Assembly (NCBI RefSeq): GCF_009914755.1
Contig: NC_060944.1
Length of the DNA: 64,000 bases
Origin: the human T2T-CHM13v2.0 reference genome, Homo sapiens
Direction: 5' to 3' (one strand)
Under the pieces are notes generated by a model that saw only the letters and a program-made list of their open reading frames with translations, did not search any database and had not been told where the DNA came from. Shown in pieces: positions 28,818 through 42,348 of the stretch. Both the position numbers and the translations under genes were made by a program. Within the stretch, counting starts at the first letter, position 1; every line of letters starts with the position of its first letter.

Positions 28818-29929
28818 AGGTAAATATTATGATCCCATGTTACAGATGAACACAGTAAGGCTCACAGATAGTAAGTAATTTAGACAATATAGTGTATTAT
28901 GAGGTATTTGGACTTTATCAAAGGGACTTTTGTTGTCCAAAGCCCAGGTGTCTTTCACTATGTATGCTGTCTCTCAAATTAATGGTTTTTCATCTGAGCA
29001 GAAATACGTTCTCCCAGGGCCAAACTCTTGCTAAAAGAAGCATCCACTTGTCCTAACAGTATTGTATAGGTCTAATTTATCCACCGATATACATTTTGCC
29101 AAGGATGATGATCTGATCTAATGAAGTAGGCGCCTGTCATGATAAACATCTCTCTACCCAAGAGGCAGTGACATAAGTAAGGGAGTCATTCTGTCCTTCA
29201 CAGTCTCTGGAAACTTTTTGATCCTTTCCATTCCTGATACCAACCCTTGAACTTAGGACCCTACTACTTCTTACCTAGAACATATATTACAGCATTTCAT
29301 GTCTCTAGTTTTCACTTTATATTCCTAAATTCTGCATTTTATCAAGCCACCACCGGGCTCCCCTTCTCCCCTTCTTCCGTGCCTCTCAATTATCCACGGA
29401 ATAAAGCTGAAGTCGTGCTAAGCATTAAAGATTATTTCCAGATGAGCTTCAACTACCTTTCCGGCCGCCGTTTTCATCTTTCACTAAGAACAATACACTC
29501 AGATTAAACTTGTCCCCGACAGGATGCATGGATTCATATGCTGTTTGATTTTTTTTTTTTTTTTTGCCACTTATGCCTTCGTGTTCACCTTTCCTCTTTT
29601 TCGCTTCTCAACGAAGTTTCCATGATCAACCCAACCAGCAGCTACTCTCCTTCCCCAGATCACTGAAGAGTGTAGTCGTTAGGTATTACGAGACCTCTAT
29701 TTATGCACCCTCCTTATCTGTTAGAGAGAGGGCTGGCATCAGTGCCTAAAAAGGAGCCCCAAAGCCAAATGCAATCGGCCCTCTATTACCGGAGGATGCC
29801 CTGTATCCCGCACATCCACTCTGCCAGTGCAAGTGTTCAATAAATGCTTAATACATTCATTGATGAATGACCCAGAGAGAAAAACTGCAGTTCGTGGGAC
29901 AAGGACGAAGTGGCCTCTCAGAGATGCGG

Positions 29930-30900
29930 GAGTGCTGGCTCTCCTCCACCCTCCCCGCCTTCTCCAAGCCCGGGTTCCCGCCCACCCCTCACTCCTGCTT
30001 GAGGACAGGGCAGACATTGCGCATGCCCCGTATCCAAGGCCGCCTCCGGGAGCACCTCCCATGCCGCTCCGCTCCCTCCCGGTGACCGGGCACGCGCGCT
30101 CGCTCCCGCAGAGCGTGCCCTGCGTGCGGGTGCCCGCCGAGCCCGCCGGGCGCTGGATCTCCGAGTGCCCCGGCCGGGGCCTGAGGAGCGGGCACAGGGC
30201 AAGGCGGCGGACGGCTGCGTCGCCCGAGGCGAGGAGGAGCGCTGGCGGTGAGTGAGGGCGCCGCGGGCGAGCGGGTCGGCGCCTCCGCGCGTGCGCAGCG
30301 CGGGACCGCCCGGGCAGGGGCGCGCGCCCTGCGGCCGGCCGGAGGGGCCGAGCGAAGCGAGGAGAGGCCGGGCTGGTGGCCGCAGGTCGGCCTCGGACCC
30401 ACGGGACCAGAGGATCCCATATCCGTCCCCCGGGCTCGAGAGGCGCTGGCCGCGCGGGCTGGCTTTCCGAGGGGGGGGGGGTCCCAGTGGGGCGCGTCGG
30501 GCCCGCGCGGAGGTCCTGGTGCCGGGGGCGGAGGGGCAGGGCCGCCTCAGCCGAAAGACCGCGGGGAGGGGCGCACGAGCCCGCCTGGCCGTGCGGACGC
30601 CCGCGGGGTGCGCGACCCCGGAGGTGGCGGAGGTCCAGGCAGGGGGCGCGGTCGGGAAGCCTCGGCGCCTAGCAGGTGGCGGGGGCCGCGCCCCTCTCCC
30701 GGGGAGGCGCGCGGTGGGAAGCGGAGCAAACTTCCCCTAAGTAACTTTCCTGAGGCGCTGCCGGCGGGGACTCCGGGGACCGACGCTCCGGGTTTGCGCG
30801 GCCTCAGGCGCCGCGGGAACCCAGCGAGTGGCGGCGGGCGATGGCGGGGGCGGCTTCCTCCTGAGGCTGGACTAGTCCTCCGAGTTCTGAGTGGCATTTG
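29930..30900. promoter_or_regulatory. CpG island / distal BTBD3 promoter
   Basis: Abrupt very GC- and CpG-rich block; GC boxes; NRF1-like TGCGCATGC at 30018-30026; no TATA box seen. Confidence 0.9.
30020..30247 (+). other. BTBD3: Upstream first exon of distal BTBD3 transcripts (start approximate)
   Basis: Consensus donor GCG|GTGAGT at 30248 inside the CpG island; compatible acceptor at 57626; TSS cannot be fixed from sequence. Confidence 0.7.
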
Positions 30901-31169
30901 TGGCCCGTTTGCTCTAAAAATAGACGTACAAGTTTGGTGTTCGGGAAGAAGGATGTTTGCTCTCTTGGGAAGAAAAGGCTTTTACCTCCTGGCCTTTTCA
31001 AAGAAAGTATTGTTCGGGCCTGCTGGGGATCCCTATTTATCAAGCAACCCATTGTCCTGTGTGTGCCTGGTGAAAGCGAGCTAATTCTATTATTAGTCCT
31101 CAAAAGACCAAGGGAGATCACGGTGCTTTTTCTTTTTTAAATATTCCCCGCCACCTCGCCAAATCCTGT

Positions 31170-31315
31170 AATACAGTTTCCCCAAACTTGGCTGCACAGA
31201 GGAGTCGCTGGGGAGTTTTAAAACTCTTAAAGCCCAATCGCACACCAGACCAATTAACACAGTGTATTTTTTAAAGATCCCCAGGTGATCGCGCAGCCGA
31301 GTTTGGAAACACTGG
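31170..31315. mobile_element. MER5A-like
   Basis: cagtttccccaaacttggctgcac...ccccaggtgat...gagtttggaaacactg. Confidence 0.65.
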
Positions 31316-33309
31316 TTTAATATAAGAAAGTCAAGGCTTTAGTTTCACATAGTAGTAGCATTCAGTTTGTAATTGGTGAGATGAAACTCAAATTCATTTT
31401 CCTAGACAGGAACTCACAAAGAGCGGTTTGTTTCCCACCAGGGAGGGAGGGAAGCGTCTCTAACGGTTCAAACTTTGTGAACTATAATGTGACTCTAGCA
31501 CTCAAAACAATTGTTCTAAGTGTTGTTTTGAATTTCTGTTGAGGTTACTAAGCCCGCTTTCACTGACTCCCTGCCCAGCCAAGGGCTTTCCCCTTCTTTT
31601 AACCCTACCTCAGTCCCCTACTCAACCCTCTGCCAGATCCCCTGTTTTAACTTTAACCTGAGGGAGGATCTTCCTCCCCCACAGGTTACTGGCTTTAAAG
31701 GGTTACTGCGGGTTCCCATAGCAACGAGTCCTCCAGGGGAAGTGGGCGGGTCCTCTTACCCTTGGGTTTCTGAACAGGACTCTTCCTTTTCGGAAGAATT
31801 TTTGAATCACCCTTTTTCATTTCTTGGCCTCAGCAGGTAAGGGTGAGCTTATGCAGTTCCAAGATGTTCTTTCTGAGATACTTACAGATTATTAACGCCG
31901 TTGTATGGGATGATAATTACTAGCAGCCATGTTCTTTCTTGATTTCTCATTCTTTCCCAATCCTTGCACTGATAACTTGTTTAACAAACTTCCAAAATGA
32001 AGTGGAAACAATGTTTTCTTTTCCTTTTTTAGCATGTTTTCTTGGAGGTGCACATGCCTAAGAATTGTATGCACTATTTCTCTAAAGCCCTAAGTTATAT
32101 CTTATATTTAAAAATTTAAAAAAAATATAACTCCACATCTGTGCGGAAAAACTTTTGATAATTTGTGGCAAAAATGCCATGCTTAGCTTTTAAGTTGTTT
32201 TGTTCCTAGAAAGTACTCTGCCAACATTCTTTACAAAATGTTAAACTGCTTGTAATGTTATACTTTAACAAAGGAAAGGCACAATTAGTCTACACATTCT
32301 CCTACTTCCCTGCCCAAACACATGCATCCAAAGATCAATTTGAAAAAATGTTCATTTTTTTTTTTAATGCTCAAAACAGGTATGCTATAGACATCTAATT
32401 CCATTTTGCCTTGCAAGGAACTGTTAAAACTCTTCTGAACAAAATAGTACAGAAATAGGTCATTTAACATACTTGTTTTTAATTGTGTTTTTTAAAAAAT
32501 ATTTTAAACTTTGTAAGTTATCAGACTTTAGTCAATTCCAAAATACCTTTAGGATTCCAGTGATTTTTGAGTTTGTGTTGGGAGTTGAAATGGTTTTCTC
32601 TTACTAAAATCTATTTTATGTGCTGTTTAAATTTCTGTTAACTGAGCTATCAAGCAAATCCTGTAAGGTGAATTTTTCCCATTTACTGTGAGAAAGGAAT
32701 ACTGGTGGAAACCCCTATCATGTGATGGACCTTGTAGTTCCAGCAGTGATGCTGGGCTGCTAAAATAATAATCTTTCACTTAATCTTCCCTTCTTTCATC
32801 ACACATTTAAAAATTACCTTTAAGCCTTTTCAATTTAGTATCTCTTTCAGCATAGTTGTCCAGTCTCAAATTCCTTGAAGGTGTGCATTAATGTACATTT
32901 ATCGACATGTCCTTTGTTTATTCAAATTAAGCAAATACAGTTGAGAATTTGTTGTTGCTTTGTTTCTTTTAAAAAATTAAATAAAAAAATATTTCCTGTT
33001 GGGAGACATTTTGGGAATCACTGAAAAAAATTAAGAAAGTAAAAATCACCGTCATATCATCTAAAAAGAAACAACTGGTAATTAGATGATGTGCTTCCAT
33101 TTTACTCTGTTTGTCTGCATAGACATACTTTTGAACAAAATTGGCCTTTAATTTTATCTGTAGTTTTAAATATTGCACTTTTATTTAATATGAAGTAAAT
33201 ATTAGAGACGTTTCCTTTTTCTGTAAACCCTTTGAAAATAAGATTTTTAATGATGAATACACCCAAGTTTATTGAACTAGTTTTCTGTTGTTTTACGTAT
33301 TATTTTTAG

Positions 33310-33510
33310 TTTTAGTGGCTTGAGAATACAGTATTAAACCCTTTGGTTGCCAATCCTAGCACGGCCACTTCCTAAGTGACCTTAATTACCTCTTTAATCG
33401 CATTTCCTTGGAATAAGGGTCATGGTGCCTGCACCATAGAGTTTTGGTGAGATGGAATGAACTAAGTAGAGGAAGGCCAGCAGGGTCGACCAAATGACGT
33501 AGGCTCAGTA
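33310..33510 (+). mobile_element. MIR
   Basis: tagtggcttgagaataca...aatcctagcacggccacttcctaagtgacctt. Confidence 0.55.
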
Positions 33511-34072
33511 CGTAAGAGTGGACACACAGGTGGAGCTGAGAAAAATGCCCTTGTCTGAAAGTTTAAATATTTCGGATTTACTCAGGTTAGATTTATAGCA
33601 GTGGAAATCCTGGGGCAGAGGTGAACTCTTTTATGACTCTTGTGGCTTGTTGCCAAATTGCTTATGCCATAACATTCCCTTACAGAGTGTATGGTCTACC
33701 TGTAGTGTGTCAGCACTCCAGTGTTCATCATCTTTCCTGATTTTTCTATAAAAATATGATCTTTTAATTTATTTTTTGGTAGCTATTGAAATTGATCATC
33801 TGTTTTTTTTCTTTTGTTTTCCTTTTTGGGAGCTCTCTCTTCTGGTACTTTGCCTACTTTAAAGTGGTGATTTAAAAAAATTAAATACCCGTTTTATCTA
33901 AAGAAGATTGAGTGTTTATCATGTTTTTAGTTTTCTTTTTTTTCTTCTCCACAGGCCATTATTTCTTTCACTTTTTGGCGTTTTTCAACCAATAAAATAT
34001 TTTTATTTCTATATAAACAAGTCTCTACCTTGTCCTTTATGATTTTTTCCTTGTATTTGTTCATGCTTGGAA

Positions 34073-34804
34073 AGCCCAGAAAGACCCTGCAAATGGCCCC
34101 AGTGAAAAACTCAGGAGAAGCAGTAAGCAGTCAAAAGTGGATGGGGAGGAAGACTAAGGCGTTGAGGAAGACCACTTATTTTACAATAAGGCTTTTAGAC
34201 TTTAAAGCTGTATGCATATATTAAATTTAATAATCTTTATCTGAAAGGTGAGATAAACAACATTTTGGAAATATGTTAGATCTTTTTACATTTAATTCTA
34301 TAATTGTACATGGATATGAAGCGCTCCTATACCGCCGCTGCCTCCTCTTCCTTTTCCCTAGTTAGCGAGTTCTACCACCATTTGTTAAATAGTTCCTCCT
34401 TTCTTCTTTGCTTTGTGGTCTTTATTGTTTTTTAAGATCTTGACTAACTTTGAGGTCTGCTTCAGTTTTAGGTCTTGCTTCTCTGTGTGTTGATCCTCTA
34501 GTCTTAATCAATGCCACATCTTTTTAATCATAGATTTAGAATATTTAGAAATACCTGGCAGAGCAAGTCACACTATCCTTTTAACATTACAATTCTATGC
34601 CCTTGTCCTTTCAGATAAAGATTATTGTATTTAATACATGCACAGTTTTAAAAGTCTAGGAGGCTTATTGTAAAATAGATGGTCTTTCATCTGCCTCTTC
34701 TTCCCCCCATCCCTTACTCTCCCTCCCCAGTGGCAGCTACTTTGGATTGTTTACTGTTTCTCCTGCGTTTTTCACTGGGGCCATTTGTAGGGTCTTCTTG
34801 GGCT
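34073..34804. repeat. Diverged inverted repeat (arms 34073-34248 and 34607-34804)
   Basis: Two exact 20-nt reverse-complement blocks (caaatggccccagtgaaaaa; aataatctttatctgaaagg); the ORF track shows KTLQMAPVKN on both strands. Confidence 0.9.
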
Positions 34805-36675
34805 GGTCAGAGAGTGGTCTTCCAGTAAAGTTTTGCACTGAGGAAAGAGTGTAGGTTCCAGTGTTCATGGAGGAATCTGGCTGGGGTTTCAGCATTCTCT
34901 GTGTAGAGTCATGTTGGAGAAGGTTCACCATACAGACTTACCTGTTTACCTACTCTTCCAAGAACAAATCTCTAGTCTTGCTAGGTTCTAGGATTGTCTG
35001 CCAATGGTCTACAGTGAGGAGGTGGGGAAGGCATCTTGGAATTTTAGAGCTTCTCATGCAGCTTTTACTGACCTTATTTTAACCTGTCACCCTTTTACCC
35101 TCAGTCTTTGAGCAGACTGGAGTGAGTACTTCTCGGCTTTTCTCACTGTTGGTATAGCATTCCCTCTCTCAAGTTGGCTGAGACAGTTGCCACTTGTCCA
35201 TCTGTTTTCCACTTTCATGATTTGTAGTTTCCATTACAGTTCTTTAAGTCCTTGGGTCTCTATGTCTTCTAGAAAGATCTCTTACTGTCACTTAAGTGGG
35301 GTTTAGGGAAAGGGTGTAATTGGATATGTGTGTTAAATTTACCGTCTTAATCTGGAAGGCTCGGAAGATGAATCCTTAGAACTAAAAAAATACCGGATCA
35401 TGTTACATTTTGTTTCGTTGGCAAGGACTGCCATCTGTAATCAGTGTTTCTTTTAAGGGTCATGAAAGATTATTCATGACCTTTTATCTCTCAGCAGAGT
35501 TGTTTTCTTCATCTGAATCCTAATGTTTCCTGTTAGAGTTCTTCTTAGGTATTTGTTTTTGTTACTTTGTGATGGGCTCTTCAAATTGGCTGTCGGTAGT
35601 CTAAGATGGTGGTTGATTTTGGTGTATTTATTTTATAGCTGGCACTTATGCGAAAAGCTTTGCAGTTTATTTTTGTATGTTCCCAAGTTATATGAGTGGC
35701 AGATAATGACACTTTTATCTACTTTTAAATAGTTATGACTTTTATTTTGGTTCTGTGGCGGTTTGCACTAGATTTAGCATTCTGTAACGTTATAACATCT
35801 TTCTGGAACATTATCGAATAGTAATGGTGATAATGTACACACTTTTATTGTTCTTTATTTTAGTAAGGAAAAGAATAGTAGAATATTGGCTTTTTGGTTT
35901 ATCATAATTCTTCATCAGGACAAAGAAAATCTATCCTTTCATTTCCAAGTTGCCTAGAGGTAATTTTATGTTTTTAAGACATGGGAATTGAATATTAGCA
36001 AGTGATCATTAGCATCTGCAGTTTATCTGCTGGTATTTCTGAAGAGTCTACTGATTTGAGTCCCAAATATTAAATTGGATCAAAATTTTCCTTATGGATG
36101 GTTCTTCAGAAAAAGAAATTGAATGCATGGGAAGAATGTAGTATAACATATTCAATGCATGAGCATATTGTCTTGGTTGGGGTGGTATAGGAGATGTCAC
36201 TAGGGATTTTTCACAAGCAAATATTCCAAGTTATAGCTGACACTCAAGTCACATCTTTACCTGTTGGCAGTATTTGATGTAATTTGTTATTCCTCCTTTT
36301 TTAATATTCTTCCTTCATTTGATTCTTGAGGACACCACACACTGTTGCCTTCCCTTCTATACCGCTGGCCTTCTGGTTTCTTTTCAGTTGTTTTTAAATT
36401 TGTGTTGGTTTTCTCTTCTCACCAGCCTATGAATTTAGAATGTGCCAAGGCTCAGTTCTCACCCGCCTGTTGTCACAAATAGTCACAGGGCTTTAATAAA
36501 ATACTGTGTAGCTACTTAAGACTCCTAAATGTATATTTCCACCTCAGACATCTCCAACTACTTTTTTGACTTCTTAACGTGAATATGTGAAAGACGCTTC
36601 AGCCTAAATATGGCCAGAACAAAATTTCTGATCTTTCTCTGCAAACCTGCTCCATCTGCAGCCTGCCCCATTTTA

Positions 36676-36740
36676 TTAGGTTGGTGCAAAAGTAATTGTG
36701 GTTTTTTGCATTAATGGCAAATTACTTTTGCACCAACCTA
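36676..36740. mobile_element. MADE1 (Hsmar1-derived MITE), internally shortened
   Basis: Perfect 21-bp inverted repeat taggttggtgcaaaagtaatt / aattacttttgcaccaaccta. Confidence 0.92.
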
Positions 36741-37169
36741 GTGGGTGTTAGCTCCATTTTTTTCATGTTATTTAAGCAAAAAAAAAAAAAAAAAAAAAAA
36801 AAGAACATGGAATCCTCCTGACTCTTCTCTTTCTCTCCAACTCTGTTTCCAGGTTGTCAGCAAATCCTGCTGTTCTGTCTTCAAAATGTATCCAGAATCA
36901 GTTTAACTACTTTTCCCATCCGTACTACCAGCATCTTTGTCCAAGTCTCCTGCATTTCTTGCCTGGAGTATTGCCGTGGCCCATGGCCTCCTAACAGATC
37001 ACTGGTCTCCTTTTCCTTCCCTGGCTTCTCTTTGATTTTCCATCTGCTTAACATCAGAGTGATCTTTTAAAAACATAAGTCAAATTGTGCTTAAAACCCT
37101 CCAGTGGCTTCCATGTCACTCAGAATAAAGGCCAGTGTTCTTATGATTCATAAAACCTTACATGATCTG

Positions 37170-37478
37170 GGCCGGGCATGGTGGTTCACGCCTGTAATCC
37201 AGCACTTTGGTAGGCTGGGGTGGGCAGATCACTTGAGGTCAGCAGTTGAAGACCAGCCCGGCCAACATGGTGAAACCTTATGTCTACTAAAAATACAAAA
37301 ATTAGCCAGACGTGATGGCATGCACCTGTAATTCCAGGTACTTGGGAGGCTGAGGCAGGAGAATCTCTTGAACCTGGAAGGCGGAGGTTGCATGCAGTGA
37401 GCCGAGATCGTGCCATTGCATTCCAGCCTGGGGGACAGAGTGAGATTCTGTCTACAAATAAATAAATAAATAAAAATT
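37170..37478 (+). mobile_element. Alu (Sx/Sz-type)
   Basis: Dimer, (TAAA)n tail, TSD ...tacatgatctg. Confidence 0.95.
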
Positions 37479-38833
37479 AAAAAGCCCTACATGATCTGAT
37501 TCTCACTAACTGACCTCTTCTCCCGCTTGTCTCCCACTCGGCACTTTCCATTCCAGCCTTCCTTACCTCCTTGCTAATCCTTGAACGTGGCAGGCACATT
37601 TCCATTTTAGGTCTTTGCACTGGACTTTTTCCTCTGCCTATAATATTTATCCTACCCCCCCAGCCACCTCTTTCAGGTCTTCACTAAAATAGCATTTTGT
37701 CTGTGCGATTACTCTAGTTACAATTGCAATCTGCATCCTGTATGTCTCTTGCAGTGCTCTGCATTTTATTTTTCCGTTGCATCTGTTACCTTCTAAGTTA
37801 CTATTTATTTGTCTATTTTGTGAATTGCCTCTCTTTCCTACCTCTGCTAGACTATAAATTCCTTGAGGTCGAGTATGTTTATTAATGTGTCCTGAGTGCC
37901 TAGCACATAGAAGATGCTCAGTAAATATTTTTTGAATGAATGAATGTAGTCTGCCTTCTCCAATTTTTTTTTCAGTGAATTTCCCATAAAGCAACACATG
38001 CATAGTGTTTTAGCATTTGTGGATCTAACGTTGACTTATCCCACCAGCAAGGGAGAAGTTCAAGAACATTTATAGTTTATAATGGAGATAATAATACAGA
38101 GAGTGGTTATGAGAATTAAATAGGGTGCTCTCTGTAAAGTACTAATGGATAGGACCAGGTCACTTAACTGACAAAAAAGCCTGGCCAAGTGCCCTGATTC
38201 ACATCTGAATGATGTGAATTGTATTCTAGAATCTTCTCTCTTTATATTTCAGTTTTTAATCAAGAGTAGGTGTGGCATCACCTGGGAGCTTTTCAAAACA
38301 TACCTGGGTTCCCTGGTAAATATCAGTGATATACTGTTACTATATTTTGTTCTTTAACCAGTCTGCAAATATTTGTCCCTTAATGTGGGTGATAACTATT
38401 TGCTCTCCCCCTTTTAATGCCTTCTTGCTGTTTGGGACATCTTTCATGGCCCCTTCTAGTCTTTTTTCCTATGAGGTTCTTGCTGAAATAACTTCTAAGG
38501 TGATTTTGAAATCCTCAGAGCCACTTGGATGCACGTAATTGAACCTTTTACTAAATCCACAAAATCAAAGGATCTCAGTCCTTTACCTTCTGTTTTCCAG
38601 ACAAGAGAATGTTGTAGTCATCCCTACAGCAATCCTTATAGCAGTCATTTTATTTTATTGTTTTTAAAATACCTGATTTTTATTTTTTCATATGAATTAT
38701 ATTAAATAATTATTATGCCCCCTCTAGTCGTCACACAAATCTGAGAAGTGGATGAGCACTGTATTTGATCTCTTGGACACTTCCCTTTATTTTCCATGGC
38801 TCCTCATGTCTCAGACCCTTAAAGTATTTGCAT

Positions 38834-38947
38834 TCTTTTCTTTTCTTTTTTTTTCTAATTGTATTTTATTTTTACTTCCAGGATACATGTGCAGGACATG
38901 AAGATTTGTTACATAGGTAAATGTGTGCCATGGTGGTTTGCTGCACT
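38834..38947 (-). mobile_element. L1PA 3' tip
   Basis: ggatacatgtgcaggacatg...tttgttacataggtaaatgtgtgccatggtggtttgctgcac preceded by a T-rich tail. Confidence 0.85.
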
Positions 38948-39968
38948 TACCAAGCAGTCATTTTAAAGTTTTGCTTATTGTGTTTCTAGGCTCCTTTTGT
39001 GTCCTTCAAATCCAAGAATATCTCAAAAACATCAGACTCACTTTCCTCCTCTTTCTTAATAGAGCAAGAAACATTTGTAGATTTTTACTGTTGCAATTTA
39101 CTGTGCAAGCAAGTGCTGTGATTTGCAAGAAAAAAAAGATGATTATTTTAGAGATGGTTTATGCAACTGAAGAATACACAATAAATAAAAACCATGATGT
39201 ATGTGTGTTTAGAAATGGATAAGCCCAATAGCTGTTACCTATACACAAAAATGTGAAAATTTTCTTCAACTCTACTGTCAAAATAATTCAAAATATACCT
39301 AGCTCCTTGTGTATATTTGATCTCTCCTTAATTTTTCTATGATGCTATATAAGTAAGAGCATTCCCCATATTTAATTAGGTGTAAACATTTTAGCGGTGA
39401 TTACCATGCACATTGGAAATAAAATGTCACAAGTTCCATTGCTTTGAATGCATCTGTTCTACCTGATAAATTTCCCTTGCCTTTGCAACTCTGATTAGAT
39501 CTACTTTTTGTTGTCGTGAAGACTCATTCTTTTGAAAATAGTGCTGTTACAAATTCATTTTATATTGAACCCTAAATATTCAGTACTATTGGCCAAGGCT
39601 GAATGGAAAAAATTGACCTATGTATCTTTCTGATGATAAATCACATTGCCCTCAGTTTAGGCCATTAATGGACAGCCCAGTTGGAAAACACATCTCGTTT
39701 AAAGTTCTACACCTGCTTTGGAGACTCTTGTAAGTATTTGTTGCCTTTGTGAGAGTTTTTGTCTTTTAATGCCACCTAATTTCTTCTACTAATCTGTTTT
39801 TTTTGAAAGTGGCGGTCTTGCCTACCCATCACCAGCAAACATACTCTATAGTGAGGGACTAATTTTGGCCCTCTGCTATGATGTTGTACTTTAGGTCTCT
39901 GTGGATAGAGAAGGACTTCTAATGTAGACTGCCACCTATTTTCATACCTTTGTTCATGGAGAATGTAG

Positions 39969-40303
<335 letters not shown>

Positions 40304-41287
40304 AAAGTCCATCTACAAATTTAATGTGTTGTTGGAGAATGATCTATATTCCTAGAAAACCTGGAAATTGGTACAATTCTTAATTGAGGTTATATCAGGT
40401 GACTTTTCCCAAAATCTTATTTTCAATAGAAAAAAATGGTGAGAAGCTACAAAAGTCCCTCCTTCTGCTCAGGATGCAGGTTCAGGCTACAGGGAACTGT
40501 TGGTAGCATTCTCTTGCACAGCACCTCCCCGCTCTACCACTTAGACATCAGTGTTGGGTGGAGGTGCATTCCAGAGTGCTCTGTCTCTTCCTGTGGTTTT
40601 TTTGTTCACCATCTTTTGTGGCCTTGGGAGACAGGATGAATAAGTGCTTGAAGCTGAAGATCATCTGTTGGAGAGTGAGCTGTTACTGAAAGTGGTCAAC
40701 AGTGGAGGGAGCGTGCACATGTGCAGTCACTTTTGATCCCTATGCAGTCGCAGTCAGTCTCTCATGGTGGACTTCCTTACCCTTCCCCAAGATGATTTCA
40801 GCACCTACTTAATAAATGCTGTGTAATTTATTTATTTAAATTAGTAGATTGTCTAGTTAATTTAATACCATTCAATAAGTATTTCTGTGGGATCAGCTCA
40901 CGCGTACTTGAAATGTTTTATTACTTTATTAGCTACTTTCTCTTATAAGTGATCCCCCCAAAATGTCAGAATCAGTTCTGAACTCTTAGCTAGCAAATAT
41001 CTCCTAGCATATACTCAAAATCATCACCAGGCAGTGATGGATTTGACTAGGTGGGTGTGGGTTAGGGATGTCAATATATAATGGTGTTCGGTTTGGCTTA
41101 TAGGAAAATGAGATGCTCAAGATAAGGACAACCTATATTTTGATTTTACAGTGTTTCTATAGTATTATATAGTTACTGAGTGTGAAGTAGTTGTGAGGAT
41201 CAGAATCCTACTAAAATGTACAACCTCTTAAAATTTTTTTAAGAGTGAAGATGGGAAGGTGTTTGGATGCTAGCTCTAGTAAAAGAC

Positions 41288-42348
41288 TAGACCCTTGAAC
41301 AACTTGAGCATAAAGAGGCACTGATGCCTGCCCCCACCCCACCAACCTCCCACCCCGCACAGTTGAAAATCCATGTGTAACTTTTGACTCACAAAAACTT
41401 AACTAATAGCTTACTGTTGACCAGAAGCTTTATTGAGAACATAAACAGTCAGTAAACGCATATTTTGTGTGTCGTATATATTATATACTACATTCTTACA
41501 ATAAACTAGGGAAAATAATATATTATGAAAATCATAAGGAAGTGAAAATACATTTATAGAAATGTACTGTATTCATCAATATTGTAAGTTTACATCATCT
41601 GTTTACAAGATGAATCATCTGTCTGAAATGGTGGGTGACCACAGCTACAGACCTCAATCTACAGTACATATCAAGCAATTCAACTTTTTTCTTGTAGTGT
41701 CTTTTCTATGCTTCTCGGAAGCACTTCTAGCATCACTAATGGCACTTTGTATGGGTCTCATGATGTTATTCGTGGTTTACTGTATTGCACTAAACATGAT
41801 GAGAAATGCACAAGAACCACCAGAGATCACATTTTACTGCCATAAGCAATATATTGGGGAGAGAAAGTGCTCATGCTGAGATGATTAGCATCATATGGCA
41901 CTTTAGGCAGATACTGGCAACACTTGAGTTCACCACAGGAATAACAGGAGATGGCTATGAAATTATTACAGTAGAATAGTATGTACTACAGTTAATTTTA
42001 TGCCTTTATGATTTAATACTGCATTTTTACATTTGTTTACATTTCTCTGGACTGGGAATGGCACTATATACAGTCAGTATGTGTTTGTGTGCATAAATTT
42101 TGGTAACTCTCATAGATGTGTGTATGTTTTATGGTAGTAAATGATAAAATAGACTCACAGCTACATGTTTTACCCATTAATGAAATACAAAACTTAAAAA
42201 AATTTCAATATATCTAGGCTGTGCAGTTCATCTGTTTTTTTTAATTGTTACACAAATCTCCAACTAATTTTCCAATATAGTTATTGAAAAAAATCTAGAT
42301 ATAAGTGGACCAGAGCAGTTCAAACCCATAGCGTTCAAGGGTTACCTG
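41288..42348. mobile_element. Tigger2-family element
   Basis: TIR-like gacccttgaac / gttcaagggtt; cagttgaaaatccatgtgtaacttttgactc. Confidence 0.75.

Larger units (their letters stand above)
36240..37945 (+). mobile_element. L2 with nested MADE1 and Alu
   Basis: L2 motifs throughout, ending cctagcacatagaagatgctcagtaaatattttttgaatgaatgaatg. Confidence 0.75.

Noticed and set aside
30248-31140. Long overlapping ORFs (up to 278 aa) in the CpG island
   Set aside because: G/R/A/P-rich frames expected from stop-poor GC-rich DNA; they begin at or after the donor and show no domain
36778-36802. Orphan poly(A) run as a retro-insertion tail
   Set aside because: No TSD or element body; likely a homopolymer expansion within L2
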